From assembly GCF_009914755.1 (NCBI RefSeq), contig NC_060942.1: a stretch of DNA of 64,000 nt, one strand, 5' to 3'. This DNA is from the human T2T-CHM13v2.0 reference genome, Homo sapiens. Position numbers and translations under genes: made by a program. This document shows positions 27,236 to 41,011 of the stretch, piece by piece (the stretch's first letter is position 1; each line of letters starts with the position of its first letter). A model generated the notes under the pieces. The model saw only the letters and a list, made by a program, of their open reading frames with translations. It did no database searches and was not told the origin of the DNA.

Positions 27236-29463
27236 TGATATGGTTTGGCTGTGTCCCCACCCAAAGCTCATCTTGAATTGTAGCTCCCATAATCCCCATG
27301 TGACATGGGAGGGACCCAGTGGGAGATAATTGAATCATGGGAGTGGTTTACCCCATCCTGTTTTGGTGATAGAGTTCTCACAAGATCTGATGGTTTTATA
27401 AGGGGCTTCCCCACCTTTCCCTCTGCACTTCTCCTTCCTGCCACCATGTGAAGAACGTGTTTGCTTCCCCTTCTGCCATGATTGTAAGTTTCCTGAGGCC
27501 TCTCCAGCTATGCTGAACTGTGAGTCAATTAAACCTGTTTCCTTTATAAATTACCCACTCTTGGGCATGTCTTTATTAGCAGTGTGAGAATGGACTAATA
27601 CAGTAAATTGGTACTGGTAGAGTGGGGTACTGCTATTAAGATACCGAAAAATGTGGAAGCAATTTTGGAACTGGGTAACAGGCAGAGACTGGAACAGTTT
27701 GGAGGGCTCAGAAGAAGACAGGAAGATGTGGGAATGTTAGGAGCTTCCTAGAGACGTGTTGAATGGTTTTGACCAAAATGCTGATAGTGATATGGACAAT
27801 AAAGTCCAGGTTGAGGTGGTCTCAGATGGAGATGAGGAACTTGTTGGGAACTGGAATAAAGGTCACTCTTGCTATGCAAAGAGAATGGTGGCATTTTGCC
27901 CCTTCCCTAGAGATCTGTGGAACTTTGAACTTGAGAGAGATGATTTAGGGTATCTGGGAGAAGAAATTTCTAAGTGGCAAAGCATTCAAGAGGAAGCAGA
28001 GCAAAAAGTTTGGAAAATTTGCAGCCTGACGATGTGATAGAAAAGAAAACCCCATTTTCTGGAGATAAATTCAAGCTAGCTGTATAAATTTGCATAAATA
28101 ACAAGGAGGCAAATGTTAATCACCAAGACAATGAGGAAAAAGTCTCCTGGGCATGTCACAAATCTTCGTGGCAGTCCCTCCCATCACAGGCCCAGAGGCC
28201 TAGGAGGAAAAAATGGTTTCCTAGGGCTGGGCCCAGGGCTCCCTGCTGTGGGGAGGCTAGGGACTTGGTGCCTTGTGTCCCAGATGCTCTAGCCATGGCT
28301 AAAAGGGGCCAAGGTACAGCTCAGGTCATGGCTTCAGAGGGTGAAAGCCCCAAGCCTTGGTAGCTTACACATGGCATTGGGTCTGCAGGTGCACAGAAGT
28401 CAAGAATTGAGGTTTGGGAACCTCCATCTAGATTTCAGAGGATATGTAGGAATGCCTGCATGTCTAGGCAAAAGTTTGCTTCAGGGGCAGAGCCCTCATG
28501 AAGAACTCTTCTAGGGCAGTGTGGATGGGAAATGTGGGGTTGGAGCCCCCACACAGAGTCCCCACTGGGGCACCGCCTAGTGGAACCATGAGAAGAGGGC
28601 CACCATCTTCCAGACCCCAGAACGGTAGATCTGCCAACAGCCTGTACTGTGCACCTGGAAAAACTGCAGACAATGCCAACCTGTGAAAGCAGCCAGGAGG
28701 GGAACTATACCCTGCAAAGCCACAGGGGCGGAGCTGCTCAAGACTGTGGGAACCCACCTCCTGCATCAGCATGCCTTGGATGAGAGACATGGAGTCAAAA
28801 GAGATTATGTGAGTAATAATAAAACTCTGGTCTCCTACACAGCCGGCTCTGTGTAAATTACTCTTTCTTTACTGCAATTCCCCAGTCTTGACAAATTGGT
28901 TCTGTCTAGGCAGTGGGCAAGATGAACGCACTGGACAGTTACAATAGGCAGAAGGGATTTGCCTTATCTCAGATGAAACTTTGGACTGTGGACTTTTGAG
29001 TTAATGCTGAAATGCCTTAAGACTTTGGAAAACTGTTGGGAAGGCATGATTGGTTTTGAAATGTGAGGACATGAGATTTGGGAGGGGCCGGGGTGGAATA
29101 ATATGGTTTGTCTGTGTCCCCACCCAAATCTCATCTTGAATTGTAGCTCCTATAATCCCCACATATCACAGGAGAGACCCAGTGGCAGATAACTAAATCA
29201 TGGGGGTAGGTTTTTCCCATGCTGTTCTCATGATAGTGAATAAGTCTCACAAGATCTGATGGTTTTATAAGGGGAAGTTCCCCTACAAACACTCTGTCTC
29301 ATCTGCCGCCATGTGAGACATGCCTTGTTCCTCCTTTGCCTTCCACCATGATTGTAAGGCCTCCCCAGCCATGTGGAACTGTGAATTCATTAAACCTCTT
29401 TTTCTTTACAAATTACCTAGTCTTGGGTATTTTTTCATAGTAGTATGAAAATGGACTAATACA
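27236..29463 (+). mobile_element. THE1 (MaLR) provirus: 5' LTR 27236-27602, internal 27603-29098, 3' LTR 29099-29463
   Basis: Both LTRs end GGACTAATACA; TSD GATGG at 27231-27235 and 29464-29468; MaLR internal ORF remnant at 27756-28037. Confidence 0.95.
28810..28943 (+). mobile_element. 3' end of an ERV1 LTR (LTR8-like) inside THE1-int
   Basis: AATAAAACTCTGGTCTCC...TCTGTCTAGGCAGTGGGCAAG...GTTACA matches the recalled LTR8 terminus. Confidence 0.7.
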
Positions 29464-29584
29464 GATGGTAAATGCAAGTATACACTTGGTTCCTGACACA
29501 GTGCAGTCAGCAGGCACTAGTTGTTGGCATTAGCCCACGGTGGAAAGCCTGTGAGGGATCCTCGTCTGGGTCTGGCATTGAGGG

Positions 29585-30310
29585 CTGTGATACAATAAGA
29601 ATTATAGCTTTGGTCTTTATCCCTGAGCATGACATAGAGCTTCTAAAACTCTTGGAATTTCCTGAGTTATAGACAGGCCTGTTGGTGTTCACAACAAGCC
29701 CCTTTCAACCACATCTGAGTTTATGTTAATGAGGTGACTCTTGGTGGGTCTCTAGATAGCTTCAGGATGGGGGCTTGGAAAGATCAAGGCATGATTAGAG
29801 TGTTGGAACTTCCAGCCCCATCTCCGACCTCTGGGGAGAGGAGAGTGGGTGAAGACTGAGTTGATCACCAAATGGCCATGGTTTGATCAATCATGCCTAC
29901 ATAATGACGTTTCCATTAAAAACCCAAAAGGATTGGGTTCAGAGAGCTTCCTGATAGCTAAACATGTGGAGTTTCCTGGAAGGTTTTGCACTCAGAGTGG
30001 GAATGGAAACTCTGAGGCCCCTTCTCCCATACTTTGCCCTATGTATTTCTTCCATCTGGCTGTTCATCTGGATCCTTTGCCGTATCCCCTATAATCAATG
30101 GGCAAACATAATTAAAGTGTTTCCCTAAGTTCTGTGAGCTGCTCTAGCAAATTAATTGAACACAATGAGGGGATTGTGGGAACACTGATTTATAGCAAGT
30201 TGATTGGAAGTAGTTGGTATCTGAAGTAAGGGGCAGTCTTGTGGGACTGAGCCTGCACGTGTGGGATCTGATGCTATTTCCAGGTAGATAGTGTCAGAAC
30301 TGAACTGTCT
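29585..30310 (+). mobile_element. MER21-family LTR
   Basis: CTAGATAGCTTCAGGATGGGGGC...ATCAATCATGCCTACATAATG...GGGCAGTCTTGTGGGACTGAGCC. Confidence 0.75.
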
Positions 30311-30414
30311 GGAGGTGCCAAGCAAGTCAGGAAGGCTGCCACTGCTGTGGAGGCAACAGGTCCCTGTAGAGAGACCCCTTGCATGGAAGCCACCTATTCC
30401 TTGTCGGTCTCTTC

Positions 30415-30550
30415 CACCTGTAGTCCCAGCTATTCAGGAGGCTGAGGCAGGAGGATCACTTGAGCTCAGGAGTTCAAGGCTGCAGTGAGCTATGATCATG
30501 CCACTGCACTCCAGCCTGGGCAACAGAGCCAGACCCCATCTCTTAAAAAT
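30415..30550 (+). mobile_element. Alu right arm / FRAM-like monomer
   Basis: CCTGTAGTCCCAGCTA...CCCCATCTCTTAAAAA. Confidence 0.85.
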
Positions 30551-31857
30551 AAGTAAATATACTTATTTTTAATGGAATAAAATGGAATAAAAATAAAAAT
30601 GGAAGGTGTCTGGAGTCAGATTGGTGAGTTTGGGGATGAGTAGGAGATCAGAAAATAGGGTCAGCAAGCAGAGGCTTTTTTGAGGTTTAGTTGTGAACAA
30701 GAGGAAGGAGCTAGGAAAGAAATCAGAAGCTAAGAACCAAAACCTTTTATCCTCGCACTCAGCCAGGACACAGAGAAGCGAAACCACACCTGACTGCCTA
30801 CACGAACCTGACTTTGCTATACCACTGTCTTCGTTAGCATTTCTTTCCTCTTTTGGTACTGTCTCCCAACACACGGTTTGATTATTTACTATAGAAACTT
30901 CCCAATTCCTCAATGCACAGTGTCCACAGACAGTTTGCTCTTGAAGCGTTGGACCCTCTGCAGTTTCCACCAATCCTAGACTCTCGAATCCTGATGGTTA
31001 CCCAGTCCTACATCCCCACATGGAAAGACCCACCTCAGACCAAACTTCCAATCTGGGATAGATTCTGCCTTTGTCTTCCTAGCTCTGAAACACTGCCCAA
31101 GCTTTGTTCTCCATGACACCGGTGAGCCGCAATCAGCCTGGTTTTATCTTGTCAATGGGTGTGCTAATGACGGGAGGAGAGCCAGCTTAGACCAACTGGA
31201 TGAAGAAAGAAGCCACGTTTTTGTTTTGTTGTTGATTTTAAATGGGAAAGACTTGAGGGTGTTTCAAACCAGTAGAGAGGGAAAAGGTGAAATAGCCAAC
31301 AGAGAGAGATCCCTGGGTTTCTGAGAAGGCAGGAGGAGTTGGAATCAGAATGAGCAGAATCAGAGGGATAAATGTTAAGTTGAAGAGGAAGTACTCCTCG
31401 ACTGCAAAAAGAAGGAAGGAGAAGCGTAAATGTGGGCAGGTGTGTATGGATGACACTGGGACGGTGAATGAGCTCACCTGACAGCTTTCAGTCTCTTTTG
31501 AAGCAAGAGGGGAGGCCCGTCTACATGGAGGTGAGAGAAGGGCAAAAAGAGAAAGGGAGTTTGAAGAGTAAAAAGTGTTTGGATAATTGTTGTGGAGACA
31601 CGGAAAGTGAACCAGCATGGGAAACTGTAACTTCCCTAGTTACAGAGAACTGAGACTGGTGCTTATGAAGGTCTAGAGAATGCAATCGCCCTGTTCTGTG
31701 ACTTCCTGAATGAATGAATGAATGAATGAATGAGGACTTCTGGGGTGACTGCATATTCCACACTCACTTAGATATGGAAGCGCTAATGGATTTTAAAGTC
31801 ATTCGCCTCACGGTCACATTCCATTTACTCAGTCACCGCAAGTCTCCTGCCACCTAA

Positions 31858-32333
<476 letters not shown>

Positions 32334-32991
32334 CTACATTTCCATTGTAAAAATGGGAGAGCTGAGGCTCAATGGGCCATTCACCTCCAGCCCAGAACCA
32401 CGTGCCCAGGCTGCTGAGCCCTCAGCGGTGGCAGCTGTGGACTCCCTGATCGAGGGATTGGGAAAGACCATGGATTATAAAGAGGTAGATAATTCTTGAG
32501 AAGAAAGAATCAGCTTTGCCACAGAATGAAAGTAAATTCCATGCCTTAGGACAAGGTGAGATGTACTGCCTGGTGCCCCACAGTGGGGAAAGGTGGTCAA
32601 ATATTGCCTGAGTTTCCCGCCAGCCTAAAAGTCTCCATCCCCAGCCATCACATACGTGCTGGACAGGAGCCTGATCAGTGGGTCCATCCTCTCCCTGCCC
32701 CTTCCCCTATTCCCCACTGGAACTCCCATAGTCTCTGAGCCCCCTGGAGGCAGCCTCCCCACTGCCACTGCTGCCCTAGTCCACCAGGCCCCAGGTGCTG
32801 TGTCCAGTGCACGCAAGGGCCAGGGCAGCCCTGTGTTCTCCATGTGAGGGGGAAAGCCCCATCTCCCTCTCAGTCTCACATCTGATTCCAGTGCTCAGCC
32901 TCCCCCACACACTCCCTGGAAAACATCTTTAACTTAGGCCTGGAGCAGTCCCATCGCCTCAGGCCTTAGAAACACAAGTCCCTGCGGCAGG

Positions 32992-33257
32992 CGTGTGAAT
33001 GCGGGAGTGTGTGCTTGCGAGTGTGTGCTTGTGTGTGTTTGTGAGTGTATATGTGTGCTTGTGTGTGCGCTTGTGTCTGAGTGCATGTGTGTGAGCGTGC
33101 TTGTGTATGTGTGTGCTTGTGTGTCTGCTTGTATTTTGTGTGTGAGTGTGTTTGTGTAGGTGTGCTTGTGTGTGTGTGTGCTTGTGTGCGTGCTTGTGTG
33201 TTTTTGTGTGTGCATGTGTGTGTGCTTGTGTGAGTGCTTGTGCGTGTGTGTGTGTGC
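32992..33257 (+). repeat. Degenerate TG-rich repeat (GTGTGTGCTT-like units)
   Basis: Seen directly; explains the His/Thr-rich and Cys/Val-rich ORFs here. Confidence 0.92.
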
Positions 33258-33691
33258 AGGGTGCAGGGAGGGGCAGCAGAGGGTGGGAACTTCGCAATGT
33301 TCTGCCTTCTCCTCACTGTCTCCCTGAACTCATGCACTCACACGGCCAGGCTGCCAACAGACCTTGGGCGCCTCCAGATTTTTCTGGCCCCAGAGGACTG
33401 CTCTGATTCCAGCTTACCTCAAGCCAGAGCCTCAGCTATTGAAGCAATAATTCTAGGTGCAGCCTTGGACCTGAAACTGGGCGGGCACCTAGAGGCTACT
33501 CAAGGACCATGAACCGTGCCCTCCGGGGGTTGGTGAGACAAACCCGAGGTGATCATTCACCCCACCAGCTTCCCCATCACCTGACCGGAGGCTGAAGGGG
33601 CTTCGCGAGAACAAGCTGAACTACAGAGGCAGAGCAGGTAAATGGAGCGGGACAGGTCCTCACAGCCTCTTCAGGAGCTGGGTCAGAAAGA

Positions 33692-33756
33692 GTGCTGTGC
33701 TGTGCTGTGCTGTGCTGTGCTGTGCTGTGCTGTGCTGTGCTGTGCTGTGCTGTGCT
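33692..33756 (+). repeat. (GTGCT)13 pentanucleotide STR
   Basis: 13 perfect units. Confidence 0.97.
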
Positions 33757-33919
33757 TTGTTTGGGGACTTGACGTGGAAGGACACCTGTACCCCAAAGCC
33801 AAGGTCATGTAGCCCAACTCTTATAGGGGGTCAAAGGAAGTGGGATGGGGTGTTCTAGAAGGTGTAGCTCTCCCATCCCTGGTGGGCTGCTTTTCAGATG
33901 TCTAAAAACAATGCTAGGT

Positions 33920-34530
<611 letters not shown>

Positions 34531-35233
34531 TTTTTTTTTTTTTTAGAAAAAGGAAGAAAGGACTGAGGGACCTAGAGAGGCTGTGTGGGAGAACAATAGG
34601 CCCAAGGCAGAGTGGGGCCCCAGCCTGGGGAGGAGGACATTCAAGCAGAGACTGCTGCCACCAGTGTTGTGGTGCTGGTATTTCATAGTTCTTCAGGCCT
34701 GCTATTCATAGCTCAGTCCCACCCATATGCACTTGAAGTTATTTGGAATCTAGGACTTAATTATTTTCCAGCTGGCACATACCGCCAAGTCAACCCCGGC
34801 GCTAGCCAGTCCCTGCCCGCCTATCCTCCCTGCCTCTCCTTGCTGCCTGGTTACTGAGGGAGGGACCCGCAGAGCCAGCTGCAATCCCATTCCCCTGCCT
34901 CCCCTTGCCAGGAGTGGTAGCCAAAGAGACAGGGCTGTCCCTCACTCATGCTACAGGAGCCACACGACATGCACTCTGCAGGACTCATGGAGCTCAGGGC
35001 AAGGAGATCTTCAAAAAGTCCTGCTCTGCTCCTCTTACCTTTTCTTCTCCTCTCTACCTGTCATCTAGTGCCATGATAATGCTGCAAATCGAACCACCTC
35101 AAATCTTACTGGTTTAAACTAATAGCCATTTCTTTTTTCTCATGAGTCTAGATTTTGCTGGGCAGCTCAGCTGGTCTCACCCAGGCTCACTTGTGTGTCT
35201 GCAGTCAGCTGAAGGCTGGCTGGTCTAGGATGG

Positions 35234-35603
35234 TAATACAGTTTGGCTGTGTCCCCACCCAAATCTCATCTTGAATTGTACTGGCATAATTCCCACATGT
35301 TGGGGGAGGGACCCAGTGGGAGATAATTGAATCATGGGGGCGGTTTCACCCATACTGTTCTTGTGGTAGTGAATAAGTCTCATGAGATCTGATGGTATTA
35401 TCAGAGGTTTCTGCTTTTACATCTTCCTCATTCTGTCTTTGCCTGCTGCCATCTATGTAAGATGGGACTTGCTCCTCTTTGCCTTCTACCATGATTGTGA
35501 GGCTTCTCCAGCCATGTGGAACTGTAAGTCCAATTAAACCTCTTTTGTAAATTTCCCAGTCTTGGGTATGTCTTTATCAGCAGCATGAAAACAGACTAAT
35601 ACA
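35234..35603 (+). mobile_element. Solo THE1 LTR (THE1B-like) inserted in an MLT1 LTR
   Basis: TSD GATGG at 35229-35233 and 35604-35608; the host MLT1 sequence resumes on both sides. Confidence 0.92.
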
Positions 35604-35692
35604 GATGGCCTTGGCTGGGAGGACTTAGCTCTGCTCCACATGGTCTCTCAAGCTTCAGCAGGCTAGTCTGGGCTTGTTCTCATGGTGGAAGC

Positions 35693-36015
35693 TGCCAAAG
35701 AAAAACTGCACCAGACAGAGTTAAACAGGCAAGGGAAACTTTATTCAAGACTACTGCAATAGGAGAGAGAGATTAAACTCAACTCTGGATACCACAGAGG
35801 TAACTAGGGATTTCTAGCCAACAGGCAGGGTGAAGGAGTCAATTTATCAAGAGGAACTTGTTAGGCATCAAGACTGGGGGTGATTTTTGCTAAACTGGCC
35901 TGGCAGAATTCTTGCTAAACTAGGTTGAGCAGGCCAAGGACAAGGCCTTGGGGCTCCGAGGAGGAGGGCTCAGAGGAGTCTGTCTAAAGTTGGATCAAAG
36001 ATGGAGTCCTCATCA
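35693..36015. mobile_element. ERV LTR fragment (subfamily unresolved)
   Basis: AAACAGGCAAGG..ACTTTATTCAAGACTA..GCAATAGG, typical of a reversed LTR end. Confidence 0.5.
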
Positions 36016-36821
36016 AAGCAGAAGTCCAATAGAACATGTGGAATATACAACACTTCTTAAGGTCTAGACTCCAAAACGGGCAGTACCACTTCTACTGTGT
36101 TTATTGGCCAAAGCAAGTCAGGAGGCTAGCCCAAGTCCAAGCAGTGGGGGAATGGCTTCATCACATTGCAAATGGCATGGGCACAGGGAAGGGAGGAAAA
36201 ATGGGTCTATCTTTCCAATCAATTGATTTCCTACTCTCTTCTTGGGAAGACCCTCTTCCACTGATCAAAACCACTGGGCAGAATGTAGAGCCCCACATAC
36301 TCCCGCAACCTGACTTATCTGGTGCCCTGGCTGAGTACAGAAGGCTGAACCCTCCCAGAAGGCGCCTGGAAGGGAATTGGAACCCACACAACCTAGGGAC
36401 TACATGTGCTGATGAGGTTCTCAAGACCAAAAGAAGGCAGAGAATACAATGGGAGCTTAATGAACACAATGCATATAAGTCAGAGACTTGGTCTTTGGTA
36501 AAAGCAAAAGTCTGGCTTTCAGAAGTCAGTGTAGTGTCACACCAGGAGCAGAATAGCAATTTACTAGGAAGTGTAGTCATCAAACTATTCATGGCCATCA
36601 TTTCCTGGGGGTTATAATCCTATATTTCCTGGGAGCTATAATTACTGTAACCCATCGTTTCTTAGGGGCTATAACTACTATAAATTAGTAATCAAACTAA
36701 TAATGGCTGTCATTTCCGACAGGTGCTGAGGCTGGTGCTAAATGCTACGCGTGAAATCATGTCTAGCATGATCTAAGTAGCCATGGTATTATAACTCCCA
36801 TTTTTATCATTAAGAAAATTA

Positions 36822-37128
36822 GGGCTGGGTGTGGAGACTCAAGCCTATAATCCAGCACTTTGGGAGGCCGAGGTGAAAGGATCGCTTGAGCTCAGGAGTT
36901 CGAGGCCAGCCTGGGCAACATGGTGAGATCTCAACTCTACTAAAATTAAAACGAAAAAAATATTAGCCGGGTGTGGTGGGGCTCACCTGTGGTAACAGCT
37001 ACTCAGAGGCTGGGTTGGGAGGATTGCTTGAGCCTGGGAGTTTGAGGCTGCCGTGAGCTGTGACTGTGCCACTGCACTCCAGCTTGGGTGACAGAGCAAG
37101 ACCCCATCTCAAAAAAAAAAAAAAAAAT
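36822..37128 (+). mobile_element. Alu (AluJ-like)
   Basis: Dimer with A-tail. Confidence 0.93.
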
Positions 37129-37139
37129 TAAAAAAGAAG

Positions 37140-38170
37140 AAAAGGAGAAAGGGTTGGAGGTGGGTCGTCTGGCTGATCTGGCAGTGCCTTTGTCTTCACA
37201 GAGATTCAGGCTCCTTCAGCTTCTGCTCCACTATCCTTAGACCACAGCTTCCAACTTCAAACTTGCCTCAAGGCCCAAGATGGATGCTAGAACTCTAGCT
37301 ATCACATCTTCAAATCCAGGTGAGAAGCAGGAAGAAGATAGAGAAAAGGGCCTCTTCTACCTATCTGAGACTCTTCTACGCAACTGTCCCCAACATCTCC
37401 CCCATCAACTTCTGCTTATATCTCATCAGTCAGAACTTGTTCATATAAACAGCATGGGCTGCAAGGGATGCTGGGAAAGGCAATCTGTTAGCTGGATACA
37501 TAGCCTCTTAAATAAAATCAGACTTCTGCTACTGAGTGCTATGAGTCCCCTAAAAATATATGCTGGAGTCCTAACTCCCAGTACCTCCGAATGTGACCTT
37601 ATTTGGAGATAAGGTCTTTATGGAGGTAATCAAGTTAAAATGAGGTCCTTAAGGTGGAAACCTAGTTCTATGAAGGGGAAAATAGGACACAGATACAGGC
37701 ACACAGAGAAGGAAGACAACATGAAGACACAGGGAGGAAACAGACATCTACAAGGCAAGGAGACAAGCCTGGAAAGACCCCTCCCTCACAGACCTCAGAA
37801 GGAATTAGCCCTGCTGAGGCCTTGAATTTAGACTGTCAGCCTCCAGAACTGTAGTAATAATAAATTTCTGTTGTTATATAGAGAGACATATATATGTGTA
37901 AAATATATTTAGTATCTCACACACACACATATATACATATATACACACACATACACACACATGTATTTTTTCCCCTTAAATAGAGACAGGATCTTACTAT
38001 GTCTGTTGCCCAGGCTAGTCTTGAACTCCTGGGCTCAAGCGATCCTCCCACCTTGGCCTCCTAAAGTGCTGGGATTACAGGTGTGAGTCACTGCGCCCAG
38101 TCAATTTCTGTTGTTGAAGCTACCAAGTTTATAGTTCTTTGTTACGGCAGCCCTAGGAAATGAATCCATT
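37140..38170. mobile_element. MLT1 LTR fragments with a (CA/TA)n tract and an antisense Alu monomer (~37965-38100)
   Basis: GAATGTGACCTTATTTGGAGATAAGGTC...CAGCCTCCAGAACTGT...TTGTTACGGCAGCCCTAGGAAA. Confidence 0.75.
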
Positions 38171-39109
38171 CAGGAAGAGGAAGAAGTGCATGCTGATAAG
38201 CAATGGGCATTTGTGCACAGGGCCCAGAGCCATGCACCAGACCCTGCACTGCAGGCAGCGGGGCTGAGCTTGTGCTTGCAGACGGGCCTCGGCTGGGGTG
38301 GGCGTGTGTGCGCGCAGCCGACTGCACAGGTGGGGACCAAGCCCAGCACAAGCAGACTGCTTTCTGAGACCTCTGTCCATTGGGTCTGCTCCTGCCCTGG
38401 GGCGAGGTTATTAACGGTCTCCACTGTGAGACCAAGGCTGTGGCTGGGTACTGAGGCTGAGGCCGGCAGCTGTCAGGGCCACTCTCCACTCTGTCCCCTG
38501 GTTCCCTTCCTCATGTCCTGTGTGCACCTGAATCTGTCCTGTCAGAGTGGCTTCCTCTACCAGCCATATCTGTAATCTTCTGCCAGGAGAGAACGCTTCC
38601 CTAGAGTGGATATTTCAGAAGTAGTTGCTACACACGTGAACACGATACAACAATTTTGACTTGGCTGTATCTTCAAGATCTTTGGGGAGAAGAGGACAGC
38701 TGCCAAGAGCTGAAAGCTTAAAGTGGGGCCACCTCACAGTGCTGACCACTTTACTCTCCCCTGTCCAACTTCACCACAAAATGGAACCCGGACCCTTTAT
38801 TCCCCAAAGCACAGGCCACAGGCAACAGGAGACTGTTGTGCATAACAGACTGTACTAAAGGCCTGAGGATAACATAGGGCAGTAGCTGAAAAATAAAACT
38901 TAAACCTGGCCACCAGGTTTCTGGAAGAGTGTTGACCATGCCCCCCCGTCTCCTCTTCTGGAGCTCCCTCACCTATCTCCAGCTTCCAGGGTCCCTGAGT
39001 CCCACCCCCAATTTTTCCATGCCCTGCGTGGAGGACTCCCACCCACGCCTCTCCCCACCCCCAGGTAGGGAAGGCAGCTTTTAATAGAGGTACATGAACC
39101 ACTTAAAAA

Positions 39110-39735
39110 CCTCAGCCTAACACAAAAGCCCACACATTGCACAATCCCGTGCATATGAAATCTCCAGAACAGGCCAATCCATAGAGACAGAAAGTGGATT
39201 TGTGGCTGCCTAGGTCAGTGGAGGGGAGGAGGGTGGGATGACAATGGGTATGGGGGTTCTTTTTGAGGTGAAGAAAATGTTCTACAATTAGATAGTGATA
39301 ACGGTTGCAGAATTCTGTGAATACACTAAAAACTACTGAATTTAAAGTGTACTGAATTGTACACTTCAAATGGGTACATCTTAGGGCATGTGAATTATAT
39401 TTCTATGAAGCTGTTATTTATTTATTTTACTTTTTTTTGAGACAAGATCTTGTTCTGTCACCCAGGATGGAGTGCAGTGGCACAAACAGAGCTCACTGCA
39501 GCCTTGACCTCCTGGACTTGACTGATCCTCCCACCTCAGCCTCCCAAATAGCTGGGACCACAGGCGTGCACAACCACGCCCAACTAATTTTTTTATTTTT
39601 ATTTTTAGTAGAAACGGAGTTTCACCAGGTTACCCAGACGCCTTGAACTCCTGAGCTCAAGCAATCTGCCTGCCGTGGCCTCCCCAAATGCTGAGATTAC
39701 AGGAGTGAGCCACCATGCCTGGCCAAAGCTGTTAT
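39110..39735. mobile_element. L1M 3' end (+) followed by an antisense Alu (39418-39724)
   Basis: L1M motifs; TSD AAGCTGTTATTT. Confidence 0.85.
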
Positions 39736-41011
39736 TTTTTAAAAATCTCTGTGTGTCTAAGAAGACACAGGGCCTCCCTGAGAACAGGGAGCGTGTGTTT
39801 GCTTTAAGTCTACAATCACAAAGAAAGTCACCAGAGTTGTTTCTGCCAGAACCAGAGAGATTTTGCCTCGAGGACAACTCAGTGCAATGGGCCTGCAGCC
39901 TCCAGCAACAGGAGTGGCTGCTTTGGCCAGGTGGCAGAACAGCCCTCCTAGACAAAGCAGAGACGTCTGTAACAAAGACCAGCACCCAGTGGGCATCCAA
40001 TCTGTATCTGATGAAAGAAGGAATGAGGAAATAAATGAACGGCTGATTGTAATCACTTTCCAGGATAGTGAGAATGCCTGGGACAGAACCCTGGTTCCAT
40101 CTCCCACTTAGAGGAGCCCTTTTCATTAACAGCTCCACTTAACTTCTATTTGCCATGCAAATCAACTGGCCCAGGTGAGTGGTGCCTGCACTGACTCCTG
40201 AAATCCCAAGGGCCTCCGCGGCTCCCCGAGGCTCAATCAGGGCACGAAGACACATGTGCAGACACTTTGCCTTTGCTAATCCTGCGGGCCTTTCACAGAG
40301 AGCAGGAAATCAATGACTCAAATATTCCTTTTGCCTCAGGCAACTGCTTAAATGAGACTTTACCCTCTGCTGCCAAGGAAGTTGGGTGGCAGGGGAGTTC
40401 CTTCAGACTCCCCCCCAGTTGATCCTGGATAGAACTGGCCTAGGTTTATATGCCATTGTTTGTTTTACTAACGGTAAACCACTGCGAGTCCGGCCACTGA
40501 AAATCAGCTGACAGCAGGAGCAAAGATTCGCTCGGCTCACTGGGGAGCACGGAATGTCTGCCATCTCTGAGATGTTTCCAGAATAGAGGGAGCCTTGTGC
40601 AAGCCGCAGAATGGCTTGGCCTCCCCAGTGGTTTGCTGTTGGGTCCGAGGATCCGGAGCTGCCCTGCAGGCAGCCAACGCCTGGGCCAAGCACCAGTACC
40701 CTGGGGCCCCCAAGTGAGGGCTGTCTGTGGGGAGCTTGTCTCCTCTGGTTTGTCCACAACCCAGTGACCCCAGGGTAGGGGTGGGAGTGGGGGGCAATGC
40801 CCAGGAACAACTTGGCACATGGGGAGGTGAGAGGGAGGGCTGGTTTTGGAAGCCGCTTTAGAATCTTGGCTTAGAAATGCAGAATGCATGACCCTGGGGA
40901 AGTGTCCTGCCCTGTCAGGGGCTCGCAGGCCTCATCTGTGTGCTGGCCCCTTAAGGGTCATGAGTAGGTGACATACAGATAGGGGGCACCTGCACTGTGC
41001 ATGGTGGGTGC

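Noticed and set aside
32934-33406. His/Thr-rich and Cys/Val-rich ORFs
   Set aside because: Translations of the TG-rich repeat.
36036-36617. 193-aa ORF
   Set aside because: Starts in MLT-like LTR sequence; no domain signature.
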